A stretch of 46,120 nucleotides of DNA from a virus. Its lineage: Duplodnaviria > Caudoviricetes. The notes below the pieces were generated by a model that was not told the DNA's origin, did no database searches, and was given only the letters and a program-made list of their open reading frames with translations. The position numbers and the translations under genes were made by a program. The stretch covers positions 1 through 46,120 of IMG/VR virus record IMGVR_UViG_3300025451_000021. One strand, 5' to 3'. This document shows positions 1 to 8,565 of the stretch, piece after piece (position 1 is the stretch's first letter; the number at the start of each line of letters is the position of its first letter).

Positions 1-163
1 ATCAAACAGTGCATGCTATATACATGTGGCCTGACACCCTGCCTCTTGGCATGGTTGACCGCGTTCACGGCGCACTGCTACGAATCAAGACTGAGCGGCG
101 ATTAGCAAGGGCGGCTGCTAGGATGGGTGGCCAAAATAAACCGCAACTGTCTGGCGACGGCAA

Positions 164-1003
164 ATGAAATTTACACAGCACCCACTTTCCGCTGCATTCC
201 CGGCAATGGTGGCAGACGACTTTCAGGCGCTGAAAGACAGCATAGAAAACATCGGCGTGCAAAACCCGATCACCTTGTTTGAAGGCATGGTGATTGACGG
301 TTGGCACCGCTACACGGCAGCAACGGAGTTGGGCATGGATTGCCCAACGGTAGAGCTTGGTGATGTTGACCCGCGAGATTTCGCATGGGGACAGAACGGA
401 CCACGCCGCCACATGACTTCTGCCCAATTGGCATCTGCTACTGCTGCTGTTTACGCATGGTATCCAGTTGTTGGGGCGAATCAGCACACGAAATCTGCCC
501 CGGCACTCAGTGCCGCCCCACAAAAGACAACAGCCGAAATGGCTGCGATTGCCGGTGTATCCGAGCGATCAATTCGCCAGGCAAAGGCTGTGCAAACCAA
601 TGCTGCACCTGAAGTAATCGCCGCTGTCAAGTCTGGCGAGATTGGCCTGCCAAAAGCCGCAGCCATAGCGAAGTTGCCAAAGGAAGAGCAGGCGGCAGCG
701 ATTGCGAAGCCGATCCCCGTTGCAAAGCCGGACCCCATTGAAGTGGTTATGGATGACGGCCCAGACGAAGCCGAAATGGCTGCCCTGGTCAAAGCCCAGT
801 TTGCAGATGCCGAGCTGATCCAACAGATGTTGGAAGCAGACGATGCACTCGCATACGTCACGAACGAACTGGCCAAGGCCCGTGCACAGCTTGAGGCCAT
901 GACAGCCTCACGCAATGGCTACCAGAACCAATGCGCAGAGCTGATCAAGATGGTCAAGTCAAAGGACCGCCAGATTGCCAAGCTGAAACAGGTGCAGGCA
1001 TGA
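164..1003 (+). CDS. ParB/Srx-like N-terminal domain protein with HTH and coiled-coil tail
   Basis: HPLS..FP and L.DSI..IGVQNPI..VIDGWHRY motif; HTH-like TTAEMAAIAGVSERSIRQA; ATGA overlap with helicase. Confidence 0.8.
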   Translation: MKFTQHPLSAAFPAMVADDFQALKDSIENIGVQNPITLFEGMVIDGWHRYTAATELGMDCPTVELGDVDPRDFAWGQNGPRRHMTSAQLASATAAVYAWYPVVGANQHTKSAPALSAAPQKTTAEMAAIAGVSERSIRQAKAVQTNAAPEVIAAVKSGEIGLPKAAAIAKLPKEEQAAAIAKPIPVAKPDPIEVVMDDGPDEAEMAALVKAQFADAELIQQMLEADDALAYVTNELAKARAQLEAMTASRNGYQNQCAELIKMVKSKDRQIAKLKQVQA

Positions 1004-2547
1004 GCAACGCCGTCATGAACAGGCTTTTTGAAGATGCGCCGAACTACGCCAGTTCGACGTTCCCAGAGCCTCGTCAATTCCAGCAGCATGCACATGATTT
1101 GCTGCGCCAGGGGTTTCGTGACGGCCACAAGAACCAGATGATCATGGCTCCGACTGGTGCCGGGAAAACCTACCTCGGACACCGCATCGCGCATGAAGCG
1201 TTGGTTAAGGGGCGTAGCGTGGTGTTCGTGTGTGACCGCACAACACTGATCAACCAAACCAGCAAGGCGGCAGACACCTACGGGCTTGCAGCTCATGGCG
1301 TGGTGCAGGCGAACCACTGGCGGCGCAACGACATGCCGTACCAGATCGCCAGCGCTCAGACACTGGCAAAGCGTGGCTACTGGCCCAAGGCTGATGTGGT
1401 GATCATTGACGAGGCTCACACGCAACTGAAGGTGTGGACCGAGTTCATCATGAACACAAAGGCCGCATGCATTGGGCTGAGCGCAACGCCGTTCAGCCCC
1501 GGCCTGGGCAAGTTGTTCAGCAACCTGATCAACGCGACCACCATGCACGACCTGACGCAATCGGGCGTATTGGTACCCATGCGGGTGTTCGCTTGCAAGC
1601 GCGCCAACATGGCAGGCGCGTCAACGGCTGGTGGTGAGTGGACGGATTCGGCCGCCGAAGAACGCGGCATGGAAATCATCGGTGATGTGGTCAGCGAGTG
1701 GGTGAAGTTCGGAGAGAACCGCAAGACCATCGTTTTCGGCGCAACCATCAAGCATTGCGAGGAACTGGCCCGCCAGTTTGTGGATGCCGGCGTTATGGCG
1801 GCGGTATTCACCAGCGAAACCACAGCGGCTGAACGTGAACTGCTGCTGAAGGAATACAGCAAGACAGACTCAAGCTTGAGGGTATTGATCAGCGTGGAGG
1901 CCCTGGCAAAGGGCTTTGATGTGCCTGATGTGGGCTGCGTGGTCGATTGCCGGCCCCTTCGCAAGTCACTGTCTACCGCTATCCAGATGTGGGGGCGTGG
2001 CCTACGGTCTAGCCCTGACACCGGCAAGAAGGATTGTTTGCTGCTGGACCACAGCGGAAATATCACCCGGTTCGCAGAGGACTATTCAGAGATTTTCTTT
2101 GGTGGCCTTGACGCTCTCGACATGGGCGAAAAGCTGGACAAGAAGATCCGCCGAGACGACGAAGAAAAAGAGGCGAAGGGTTGCCCATCGTGCGGGTACA
2201 AGCCGTTTCACAAGCGGTGCATGTCGTGCGGGTTTGAGCGCCAGGGTCAATCGCTGGTGGAGTCCGTGGCCGGTGAAATGCAGGAAATCATGATTGGCAA
2301 GAAAAAACTTGCCGACGATCAGCGCCATTTGTGGGAGCAACTTTGCACCTACGCACGAGCCCATAGCGCGCCGGACAAGCAAAAGTGGCGTGCCAGGTAT
2401 TTGTTCCGCGACATGACCGGGAAGATGCCACCTGATACATGGTCAATGACGGACACGCCAAACGTGGAAGTCACGCGCAACGTGCGCAACAAGATCACCA
2501 GCTTGAATATGGCCCGCGTCAAAGGCATGGCCAAGGCGGCAGCATGA
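1000..2547 (+). CDS. Superfamily 2 DEAH helicase with C-terminal Zn ribbon
   Basis: APTGAGKT, IIDEAH, SAT, KGFDVP, QMWGRGLR, CPSC..CMSC; start taken at the ATG overlapping the upstream TGA. Confidence 0.92.
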   Translation: MSNAVMNRLFEDAPNYASSTFPEPRQFQQHAHDLLRQGFRDGHKNQMIMAPTGAGKTYLGHRIAHEALVKGRSVVFVCDRTTLINQTSKAADTYGLAAHGVVQANHWRRNDMPYQIASAQTLAKRGYWPKADVVIIDEAHTQLKVWTEFIMNTKAACIGLSATPFSPGLGKLFSNLINATTMHDLTQSGVLVPMRVFACKRANMAGASTAGGEWTDSAAEERGMEIIGDVVSEWVKFGENRKTIVFGATIKHCEELARQFVDAGVMAAVFTSETTAAERELLLKEYSKTDSSLRVLISVEALAKGFDVPDVGCVVDCRPLRKSLSTAIQMWGRGLRSSPDTGKKDCLLLDHSGNITRFAEDYSEIFFGGLDALDMGEKLDKKIRRDDEEKEAKGCPSCGYKPFHKRCMSCGFERQGQSLVESVAGEMQEIMIGKKKLADDQRHLWEQLCTYARAHSAPDKQKWRARYLFRDMTGKMPPDTWSMTDTPNVEVTRNVRNKITSLNMARVKGMAKAAA

Positions 2548-3404
2548 GCGACTTCATCAGCTTTGCCCGCGCGCACGGTGTCGAAATTGACCCATCCCGC
2601 CTGTATGCGGGCGAGCGCATTCGCCGCTGCGGTACCACAGACAAGCCACGTTCCACCAACGGTGCGTACTTCTGGGACGGAAAGCGCGGTTTCGTGTGGA
2701 ACTGGGCCGCTGAAGCTCGTGCCCAGTGGTTCAGCGATGCCGATGCTCACCCGTGGACAGAGGCAGAAAAGGCCGAGTGGCGTGCAACGCGATTGGCTGC
2801 TCAGTCTGCCAAAGACCGCGAGTGCCAGCGTGCTGCGATGCGTGGCGCTGAAATGATCCGTGATGCCCAGCCAAGCGAGCATGGCTATCTGACGATCAAA
2901 GGCTTTCCAGACGCTCAAGGCTTTGTGGCGAAGGACGGATCGCTCCTGATCCCCATGCGCAATCTGGCCACCAACAACTTGCAAGGCTTACAGGTCATTC
3001 GTTGGGATGAGCCCACTCGCAAGTACGAGAAAAAGATGTTGCCAGGCATGCGCGCCAAAGGTGCCGTGTTCCGCATGGGCGACAAAACCGCGCCAGAGAC
3101 GTTTTTGGTTGAAGGCTATGCCACAGGCCTATCGGTTCTCGCAGCGCTACGCAGCATCGGATTGCGGGCCTCTGTGGTGGTTTGTTTCAGCGCCAACAAC
3201 ATCGAGTGCGTGGCCGAACAGATCAAAGGCCGTGTGTTTGTGTGTGCGGACAACGACGCATCCAAAACAGGCCAGAAAACAGCAGAGGCAACAGGCTTGC
3301 CGTACTGCATGAGCCCCATTGAAGGCGAGGACATGAACGACTTGCACCAACGTGCAGGGCTGTTCGCTGTTTGCCAGTTGTTGATGGAGGTCAGAAGGCG
3401 ATGA
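2544..3404 (+). CDS. Toprim-domain DNA primase
   Basis: LVEGYATGLS, CADND and DMND Toprim motifs; YL..KG and LLIPM; ATGA overlap. Confidence 0.88.
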   Translation: MSDFISFARAHGVEIDPSRLYAGERIRRCGTTDKPRSTNGAYFWDGKRGFVWNWAAEARAQWFSDADAHPWTEAEKAEWRATRLAAQSAKDRECQRAAMRGAEMIRDAQPSEHGYLTIKGFPDAQGFVAKDGSLLIPMRNLATNNLQGLQVIRWDEPTRKYEKKMLPGMRAKGAVFRMGDKTAPETFLVEGYATGLSVLAALRSIGLRASVVVCFSANNIECVAEQIKGRVFVCADNDASKTGQKTAEATGLPYCMSPIEGEDMNDLHQRAGLFAVCQLLMEVRRR

Positions 3405-3407
3405 GTT

Positions 3408-3684
3408 TCCCAGCCTCCCGTCCCAAAGCCAGAGAGGGACATGCGCTTATCCAAGCAGCGCAGCGGGAGGTTTTTACAAAGCGCGCACGCCGCTTTAAAC
3501 GTGCCGCCGGGATGTGTCGGACTTGGTTTAACGACAGGCACTCGGGGATAGCTGAACTGTGGGATTAGGGGCTGAGATACAGCAAGAGGTGGCGAAGCCA
3601 GAGCCTCTGCCCCGAACGTCTGGCGAGTCGTGTGGCTCCGAAGGCAATACGTAAAGGCTCTCCCAGGATGGGCTGAGTCTGTTC
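3408..3684 (+). ncRNA. Candidate large structured RNA or ssDNA element downstream of primase
   Basis: About ten nested stems found by eye, e.g. CCTCCCG 3414-3420/CGGGAGG 3464-3470 and AGAGG-TGGC-gaa-GCCA-gag-CCTCT 3585-3608. Confidence 0.45.
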
Positions 3685-3711
3685 ACCAAAGGCAATTTCA
3701 GGAATACAGGG

Positions 3712-3972
3712 ATGACAACAGTAGGTGATTGGACAGAGAAAGAGATTCAGAGATTCATCAGGCGAGAAGCGGTTTTCGCAAAAGAAGGTTTCAAGTTTTC
3801 AGAACGATTGGCAGAACAGATGTTGAACAGAGATCGTGACCCACAGGACAACAGGCGCGTGTGCTTCGAGTGCAAGCACTTGCGTGGTCGTTCTTGTGCG
3901 GCCCAGTCGATTCCACCGATGCGGTTCATCCTTCAGCGGTGCGATGACTTTGTGTTGAAAGGCGTGGCATGA
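3712..3972 (+). CDS. Hypothetical protein, Cys-containing
   Basis: 86-aa ORF with CFECKH..C..RC pattern, coupled to next gene. Confidence 0.7.
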   Translation: MTTVGDWTEKEIQRFIRREAVFAKEGFKFSERLAEQMLNRDRDPQDNRRVCFECKHLRGRSCAAQSIPPMRFILQRCDDFVLKGVA

Positions 3973-4304
3973 CCATCACGTTACCGTGGCCTCCAACCGA
4001 GTTGTCCCCGAACGCTCGCATGCACTGGGCACGACTGGCCAAAGCCAAGAAGGCCTACCGGGAAGCGTGTGCTTGGCAGGCGAAAGCTCAGGGCGCGAAG
4101 CCGGTCGCGGCTGACAGGCTGCACCTGACACTGACGTTCTACGCGCCCACACGCAGGGCATTTGATCTGGACAACGCCTTGGCTCGTTGCAAGGCTGGAT
4201 TGGATGGCCTGTGCGATGTGCTGGGTGTGGACGACAGCAAGTGGTCGTTGACGATCCGAAAGGCCGACACTGTTGGCGGGTTTGTGCGGGTAGAAATCGC
4301 ATGA
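3969..4304 (+). CDS. rusA: RusA-like Holliday junction resolvase
   Basis: LPWPP..LSPN, RRAFDLDN..K..LDG....LGVDD. Confidence 0.85.
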   Translation: MTITLPWPPTELSPNARMHWARLAKAKKAYREACAWQAKAQGAKPVAADRLHLTLTFYAPTRRAFDLDNALARCKAGLDGLCDVLGVDDSKWSLTIRKADTVGGFVRVEIA

Positions 4305-4558
4305 ATAACAGACTGACAGCCAAAGAGCGCGCACACCACGCGATGGTCAAGGAGTTGCCATGTTCTGTTTGCGACCAGCCTGGACCAAGCGAGAGCCATC
4401 ACATAGAGCAGCGCCTGCAATACACATGCATTGCCCTGTGCTCTAGCTGCCACCGTGACAACACGCTTGGGTGGCACGGCCAGCGCAGGATGTGGGCCAT
4501 TCGCAAGATGACCGAACTGGATGCGCTGAACGTCACGCTGGAGCGGTTGCATGGCTGA
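4301..4558 (+). CDS. Small Zn/HNH-like nuclease (DUF968/Ref-like)
   Basis: LPCSVC..SESHH..CIALCSSCH; ATG at 4301 overlaps RusA stop. Confidence 0.7.
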   Translation: MNNRLTAKERAHHAMVKELPCSVCDQPGPSESHHIEQRLQYTCIALCSSCHRDNTLGWHGQRRMWAIRKMTELDALNVTLERLHG

Positions 4559-4994
4559 GCGCATGACCATCCCGCTATACCAGGCTGTCCAGGCGCACGC
4601 TGCGCTTGCAAAGGCTTGGAGCGAGTGCATCAAACCCATGATCGTTGCAGGGAATCGCATGGTGTTGGAGGTCAAGCCGCAGAAGCGCAGCAGCCCACAG
4701 AACGCCCGCCTTCACGCCATGCTGACAGAGCTATCAGCGCAGTGCGATTGGTGTGGACAGAAGCTGCCAATGGAAGTGTGGAAGCGACTGTGCATGGCCG
4801 CATGGATGCGCGAGGAACGCCAGTCTCCGCAGCTTGTGCCCGCACTTGACGGACATGGCGTTGACATCATTTACGAACGCACCAGCAAGCTGTCGAAAGA
4901 CGAGTGCGGGCGGCTTATGGAATGGATTGAAGCCTTTGCAGCAGAGCGCGGTGTTCTGCTGGGGGTGGATTTGGAAACAGGGGAAATTCTTTGA
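4551..4994 (+). CDS. ninB: NinB-family recombination protein
   Basis: KRSSPQNARLHAML..WK..RTSKLSK.E...LMEWIEAF.AERGV. Confidence 0.85.
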   Translation: MAERMTIPLYQAVQAHAALAKAWSECIKPMIVAGNRMVLEVKPQKRSSPQNARLHAMLTELSAQCDWCGQKLPMEVWKRLCMAAWMREERQSPQLVPALDGHGVDIIYERTSKLSKDECGRLMEWIEAFAAERGVLLGVDLETGEIL

Positions 4995-5179
4995 GCGCAA
5001 ACAGAACCCAAGTCGGCGGCACGCATTACGCCAGCAAAGCAATACAGCCGCAGGACGCAATGGAAGCGTGGATGACGCGCGCAGAGTTCGCCGGATTTTT
5101 GCGCGGCAATGCGATCAAGGGCGAGAGCGCGACCAGCATCAACAACCCGGGTGGGAATGGTGGGCGGGGCAGGGCGTGA
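4991..5179 (+). pseudogene. Truncated DUF3310-like protein
   Basis: QVGGTHY..IQP..WM....F.GFLRGNAIK, then loss of the expected Y..R...K continuation. Confidence 0.6.
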
Positions 5180-5349
5180 GCAAGAAACCCGAACCCAAGC
5201 CATGCCCTGTTTGCCAGCACAAGGGCAGCACCCACAGGCCTGCGGGTGAGAACGAATTTTGGGTATGCTCCCACGTGGAGTGCCCGAACCGCCACCGTGT
5301 CACGGCGGGACCGAGTGACCGAGTACCACAACCGAAGGAAAACCAATGA
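5176..5349 (+). CDS. Small Zn-ribbon protein
   Basis: GTG start overlapping upstream TGA; PCPVC..WVCSHVECP. Confidence 0.55.
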   Translation: MSKKPEPKPCPVCQHKGSTHRPAGENEFWVCSHVECPNRHRVTAGPSDRVPQPKENQ

Positions 5350-5540
5350 CCAAGATGATCCGCATCGAAAACGCAGACACCAGCAACTGGCCTGTGCGCG
5401 TGACCGTGCAACACAAGAACGAGGCTGGTGAGTGGGTTGACCAACCCAGCCCCGTTCAGATTGACCAGCCCACGCAGATGACAGAAACCTACCTCACCAG
5501 TGGCCGCCGCCTGGTGATCGAAGAAAAACCAGCTGATTGA
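5346..5540 (+). CDS. Hypothetical protein
   Basis: AAGGA RBS, phage-like codon usage, 64 aa. Confidence 0.7.
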   Translation: MTKMIRIENADTSNWPVRVTVQHKNEAGEWVDQPSPVQIDQPTQMTETYLTSGRRLVIEEKPAD

Positions 5541-5546
5541 CGCAGG

Positions 5547-5891
5547 ATGCCAATGGAAAAAGTGACACCACCAGGAGGACTGAAGGCGCGCATCGAAGCG
5601 CTGCTGACCACGCACTGCGAAGAAGCCCTGGCGGCCAACATCCCGCAACCAGGCTTGACCATCGGCCAGATCAGCATGGCCCTTGGTCTGTCAAAGATCG
5701 ACCACCCCGACATCAGCTCGGTGCTGGTCAAGCTGCGCAACGCAGGACGTTTGCGCTCATCCCTGGGCCCCGCCTCAAGCGCCAAGGGAAAGAGATTCGT
5801 GAAAAGGCACACCCTTGCCCCTGCCAAGGCAGAGAAGGTGATTGTGGTCCGTGAAGATGATTTGAGAAGGCAATTGGCGTTCAGTCGCTGA
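5547..5891 (+). CDS. Putative winged-helix DNA-binding protein
   Basis: GLTIGQISMALGL..DISSVLVKLRNAGRL pattern. Confidence 0.55.
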   Translation: MPMEKVTPPGGLKARIEALLTTHCEEALAANIPQPGLTIGQISMALGLSKIDHPDISSVLVKLRNAGRLRSSLGPASSAKGKRFVKRHTLAPAKAEKVIVVREDDLRRQLAFSR

Positions 5892-5904
5892 AAGGAAATG
5901 ACAG

Positions 5905-6213
5905 ATGGCTACGATTTTTGAGGCAGATGAGGACGAGGACGTGAGCCTTGTCGAGATTCAGATCAATGGCCAGAAGGTCGCTTCGGCTGGTGTGAGCACG
6001 TCAGGTCAAGTGTTCTTGCGTGGGGACATCCACCCGCTCGGAAGCTCTACGGCTCTGATGACTGCTGCGGTTCAGCAGGTGCCCTACATCGAGGTGAGCG
6101 CAGTGGAGGTGCTTTTCCCGGCAGACTGGCTTCGCTCAGAGTGCATGGGGAACATGGACCGCATCCGCATCATCAACAACGCTGAGGCGTTTGTGCGGGG
6201 GCAGGTGTCGTGA
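5905..6213 (+). CDS. Hypothetical protein
   Basis: AAGGA RBS, 102-aa ORF. Confidence 0.65.
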   Translation: MATIFEADEDEDVSLVEIQINGQKVASAGVSTSGQVFLRGDIHPLGSSTALMTAAVQQVPYIEVSAVEVLFPADWLRSECMGNMDRIRIINNAEAFVRGQVS

Positions 6214-6572
6214 AAGTCACAAAGATTGGTGCGTTTTGGGTTGCCTCCACCGACTTCACAACAGAGGTTTTTCGCTCGAAGCAAAAAGCCCGAGCCATTG
6301 AAAAGCTGGCCAGGCACCTCGACACCCACGCCCATTGGTATGCGCAAAAAGACCGGGCCTCACGTCGTGCAGCGGAAGAGGCGCTTTCGTCGTGCGAGGT
6401 GAAATTGCGCAACGCAGAGCGAATCATTGCTGCGAGTGCGTTTAAGCCTGACAACCAGTGGATTGCAGAACGCATCTGCCATTACAACCAAGCGTGCATC
6501 GAGTTCATTTGGGCAAACAAAATGCTGCCGACTGTCGAGCAATACGAATCGATGAAGAGGGAACAACCATGA
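6210..6572 (+). CDS. Hypothetical protein
   Basis: GTGA and ATGA overlaps at its two ends. Confidence 0.6.
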   Translation: MKVTKIGAFWVASTDFTTEVFRSKQKARAIEKLARHLDTHAHWYAQKDRASRRAAEEALSSCEVKLRNAERIIAASAFKPDNQWIAERICHYNQACIEFIWANKMLPTVEQYESMKREQP

Positions 6573-7159
6573 AGCCACTCACACCGCAGCAGGAGAAGTT
6601 CGCGCAGCTGGTGGCCGAAGGCAAGAGCCAAGCGGCCGCATACCGCGAGGCGTATCCAAAAAGCCAGAAGTGGAAAGACCGCGCCGTTTGGTCGCAATCC
6701 AGCATTCTTTTTTCACATAGTGGTGTTTCCCAAAGGGTTGCCGAGCTGAGGGCGGCGGCGGTAAAGCGCACTGAGGTCACGCAGGACATGGTGATCAAGG
6801 AGCTAGCGCGGATCGCCTTTTTCGACATTCGCAAGATATTCAATCAGGACGGCGGCTTGAAGAAGGTGCACGAACTGGACGATGACACAGCTGCTGCCAT
6901 CGCCTCGATTGAACTGGTCGAGATTGGCGAAGACGGGCAGCTGGTGTTGTCCAAGAAGTTCAAGACCGAGGGCAAGATTAAGGCGCTCAATCTGCTGGGC
7001 GTGAACATGGGTATGTTTGTGCACAAGGTCGAGGATGTGACTGATCCGCTGAAGAAGGCAATGGGCCGCATGACGCCTGGTGATGCTCAGGCTGCACTGG
7101 ATGCGCTGGAGCAGGTAAGGGCGATAAGGACAAAGGCGAAAGTTTCCGACGAACGGTAG
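6569..7159 (+). CDS. terS: Terminase small subunit
   Basis: LTPQQEKFAQ..G.SQAAAYREAY; VT...VI.EL.RIAF.DIRK.F; K..AL.LLG...GMF. Confidence 0.88.
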   Translation: MKPLTPQQEKFAQLVAEGKSQAAAYREAYPKSQKWKDRAVWSQSSILFSHSGVSQRVAELRAAAVKRTEVTQDMVIKELARIAFFDIRKIFNQDGGLKKVHELDDDTAAAIASIELVEIGEDGQLVLSKKFKTEGKIKALNLLGVNMGMFVHKVEDVTDPLKKAMGRMTPGDAQAALDALEQVRAIRTKAKVSDER

Positions 7160-7186
7160 CGCGCAGTCGCAAAACGCGACTATAAT
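7157..7186 (+). promoter_or_regulatory. Sigma70-type promoter with palindromic operator
   Basis: Perfect TATAAT 7181-7186; inverted repeat AGTCGC-aaaac-GCGACT 7165-7181 in the spacer; weak -35. Confidence 0.65.
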
Positions 7187-7258
7187 AAGACCCATGGACA
7201 GGCAATCAAGCAAGTCCACCGCCCCGGCGGCACCGGGAATCCTGATAGGAGCAACATC

Positions 7259-7705
7259 ATGACCAAAGACAATCAACAAGCCTTAAACGCCTTTGCCGCG
7301 GCGCTGGCCAGCTGCAACACCCAGCAGGCCATCGAAAGCGCAGTGTCACAGTACATGCGCCAGTGGGCCGCACAAGAGCGCCAAATCAAAATCTACCCGA
7401 ACGGGTTGGCAAAGGTTGAGGTGCTGGATAAAGACATGCAGCTGATTGCTGAGTACACCCGGCCAGCAAAAGGTATCTGGATTGATGTAAAGGACGAAGC
7501 TGGCTACATGGTCAGCGAAAAGGCCTACTTGGATGGCATTGTCGAGTTTGCGGCAAGCATTGAGGGCGCAGCTACCGAGGACCAAAGCGATGATGTTTTT
7601 GGTGCGGACACCCGTACCGTATCCGACCGCCGCGAATCTGTTGTGCGTCAGTTGCGCAGACTGGCCGACATGGCTGGCAAGCTGGCCGAAAAAATCGAAT
7701 CTTGA
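7259..7705 (+). CDS. Hypothetical protein
   Basis: AGGAG RBS, 148 aa. Confidence 0.75.
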   Translation: MTKDNQQALNAFAAALASCNTQQAIESAVSQYMRQWAAQERQIKIYPNGLAKVEVLDKDMQLIAEYTRPAKGIWIDVKDEAGYMVSEKAYLDGIVEFAASIEGAATEDQSDDVFGADTRTVSDRRESVVRQLRRLADMAGKLAEKIES

Positions 7706-7796
7706 CCCCACCCCGTAGCCCCTGCCCAAGCGGGGGTCTCAGAGTGGCGTTACCACCCGACCGTGCGGCACACGGTATCCATCAAATGGGGCAATC

Positions 7797-8162
7797 ATGA
7801 CTACATCAAAAACTGCGGCAATACGACAAGCCCAAAAAGAAACGGGCAAGCCTATTCGGCGCTTTGCAACAGATTGGGTTTTTTACGGTCCATATCGTAT
7901 TGGTGGACACGATACGGAGATTCGTGCAATCAGTTATCAACACGCAGTCACAAAGCGCACGGCATGGGTTGCTGAGTTGGCGCTGCATGCAATGGGCAAA
8001 TGCGACGAATCAGCCAAGTCTGCAATTGAGTCTGAGCTGAACGACTCGTATGGTGCGCGTGGCGTGAGCAACTTGGTCGATTGTGGGATGGCAGCATTTG
8101 GCAAAGGCTCCACAAAGGCAGAGATTGCAGCAGCCGCACAGAGCTACTGGGATGCACGGTGA
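7797..8162 (+). CDS. Hypothetical protein
   Basis: 121-aa ORF, GGGG RBS, coupled to next gene. Confidence 0.7.
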   Translation: MTTSKTAAIRQAQKETGKPIRRFATDWVFYGPYRIGGHDTEIRAISYQHAVTKRTAWVAELALHAMGKCDESAKSAIESELNDSYGARGVSNLVDCGMAAFGKGSTKAEIAAAAQSYWDAR

Positions 8163-8380
8163 CTGACACCATTGTCATCAAAGCCCCACCCGGCACCAAA
8201 GCCCGGTGGGTGCACAAATCCCAGGCCCAGGGTCGCAAACTGAGCGACTGGGTGAGAGAGGCCGTAGACAGGCCCACCAACACCACAGCCACTGCGCCAT
8301 GCAAGCGGTGTGGCTCGGTCGTTCTGGTGGCCGACGGCCCTGGCATGTGGCAGTGCGCCCAATGTGGGCTTGCATCATGA
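8159..8380 (+). CDS. Ribbon-helix-helix-like protein with Zn ribbon
   Basis: IVIKAPPGTKARWV..SQ..GRKLSDWVREAV plus CKRC..WQCAQC. Confidence 0.6.
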   Translation: MTDTIVIKAPPGTKARWVHKSQAQGRKLSDWVREAVDRPTNTTATAPCKRCGSVVLVADGPGMWQCAQCGLAS

Positions 8381-8565
8381 CCCCCGACGACCTGAGAGCC
8401 TGGCAGTCCCACATGGGCTACACATACCAGACTGCAAGCGCAGCGCTGGGTGTCAACCGGGCTACGTATGCACGGTGGCTCAAGGTCGGCGCATCGCGCA
8501 CCGTCGCGCTTGCCTGCGCGGCATTAGCTGCTGGGCTTAAACCATGGATTAAAGATGCTGCCTGA
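8377..8565 (+). CDS. Small XRE-like HTH protein
   Basis: MTPDDLRAWQ..MGYTYQTASAALGVNRATYARW..VALACAA. Confidence 0.8.
   Translation: MTPDDLRAWQSHMGYTYQTASAALGVNRATYARWLKVGASRTVALACAALAAGLKPWIKDAA

Noticed and set aside
931-999. Upstream extensions in the ORF track (931, 2439, 6458, 16845, 17186, 42177)
   Set aside because: Downstream ATGs with stop/start overlaps or strong RBS fit better.
3401-3568. 55-aa ORF coupled to the primase stop
   Set aside because: No recognisable motif and it coincides with the structured element; it cannot be excluded but is not called.
3568-3613. Hammerhead ribozyme in the three-way junction
   Set aside because: Has CUGAGAU rather than CUGANGA and lacks the GAAA core.
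7703-7755. Imperfect hairpin ending in GGCGTTAC, considered as a third full attC
   Set aside because: Left end is TGAC rather than TAAC, there are no L boxes with a bulged C, and I found no matching core site; more likely a terminator or processing stem.
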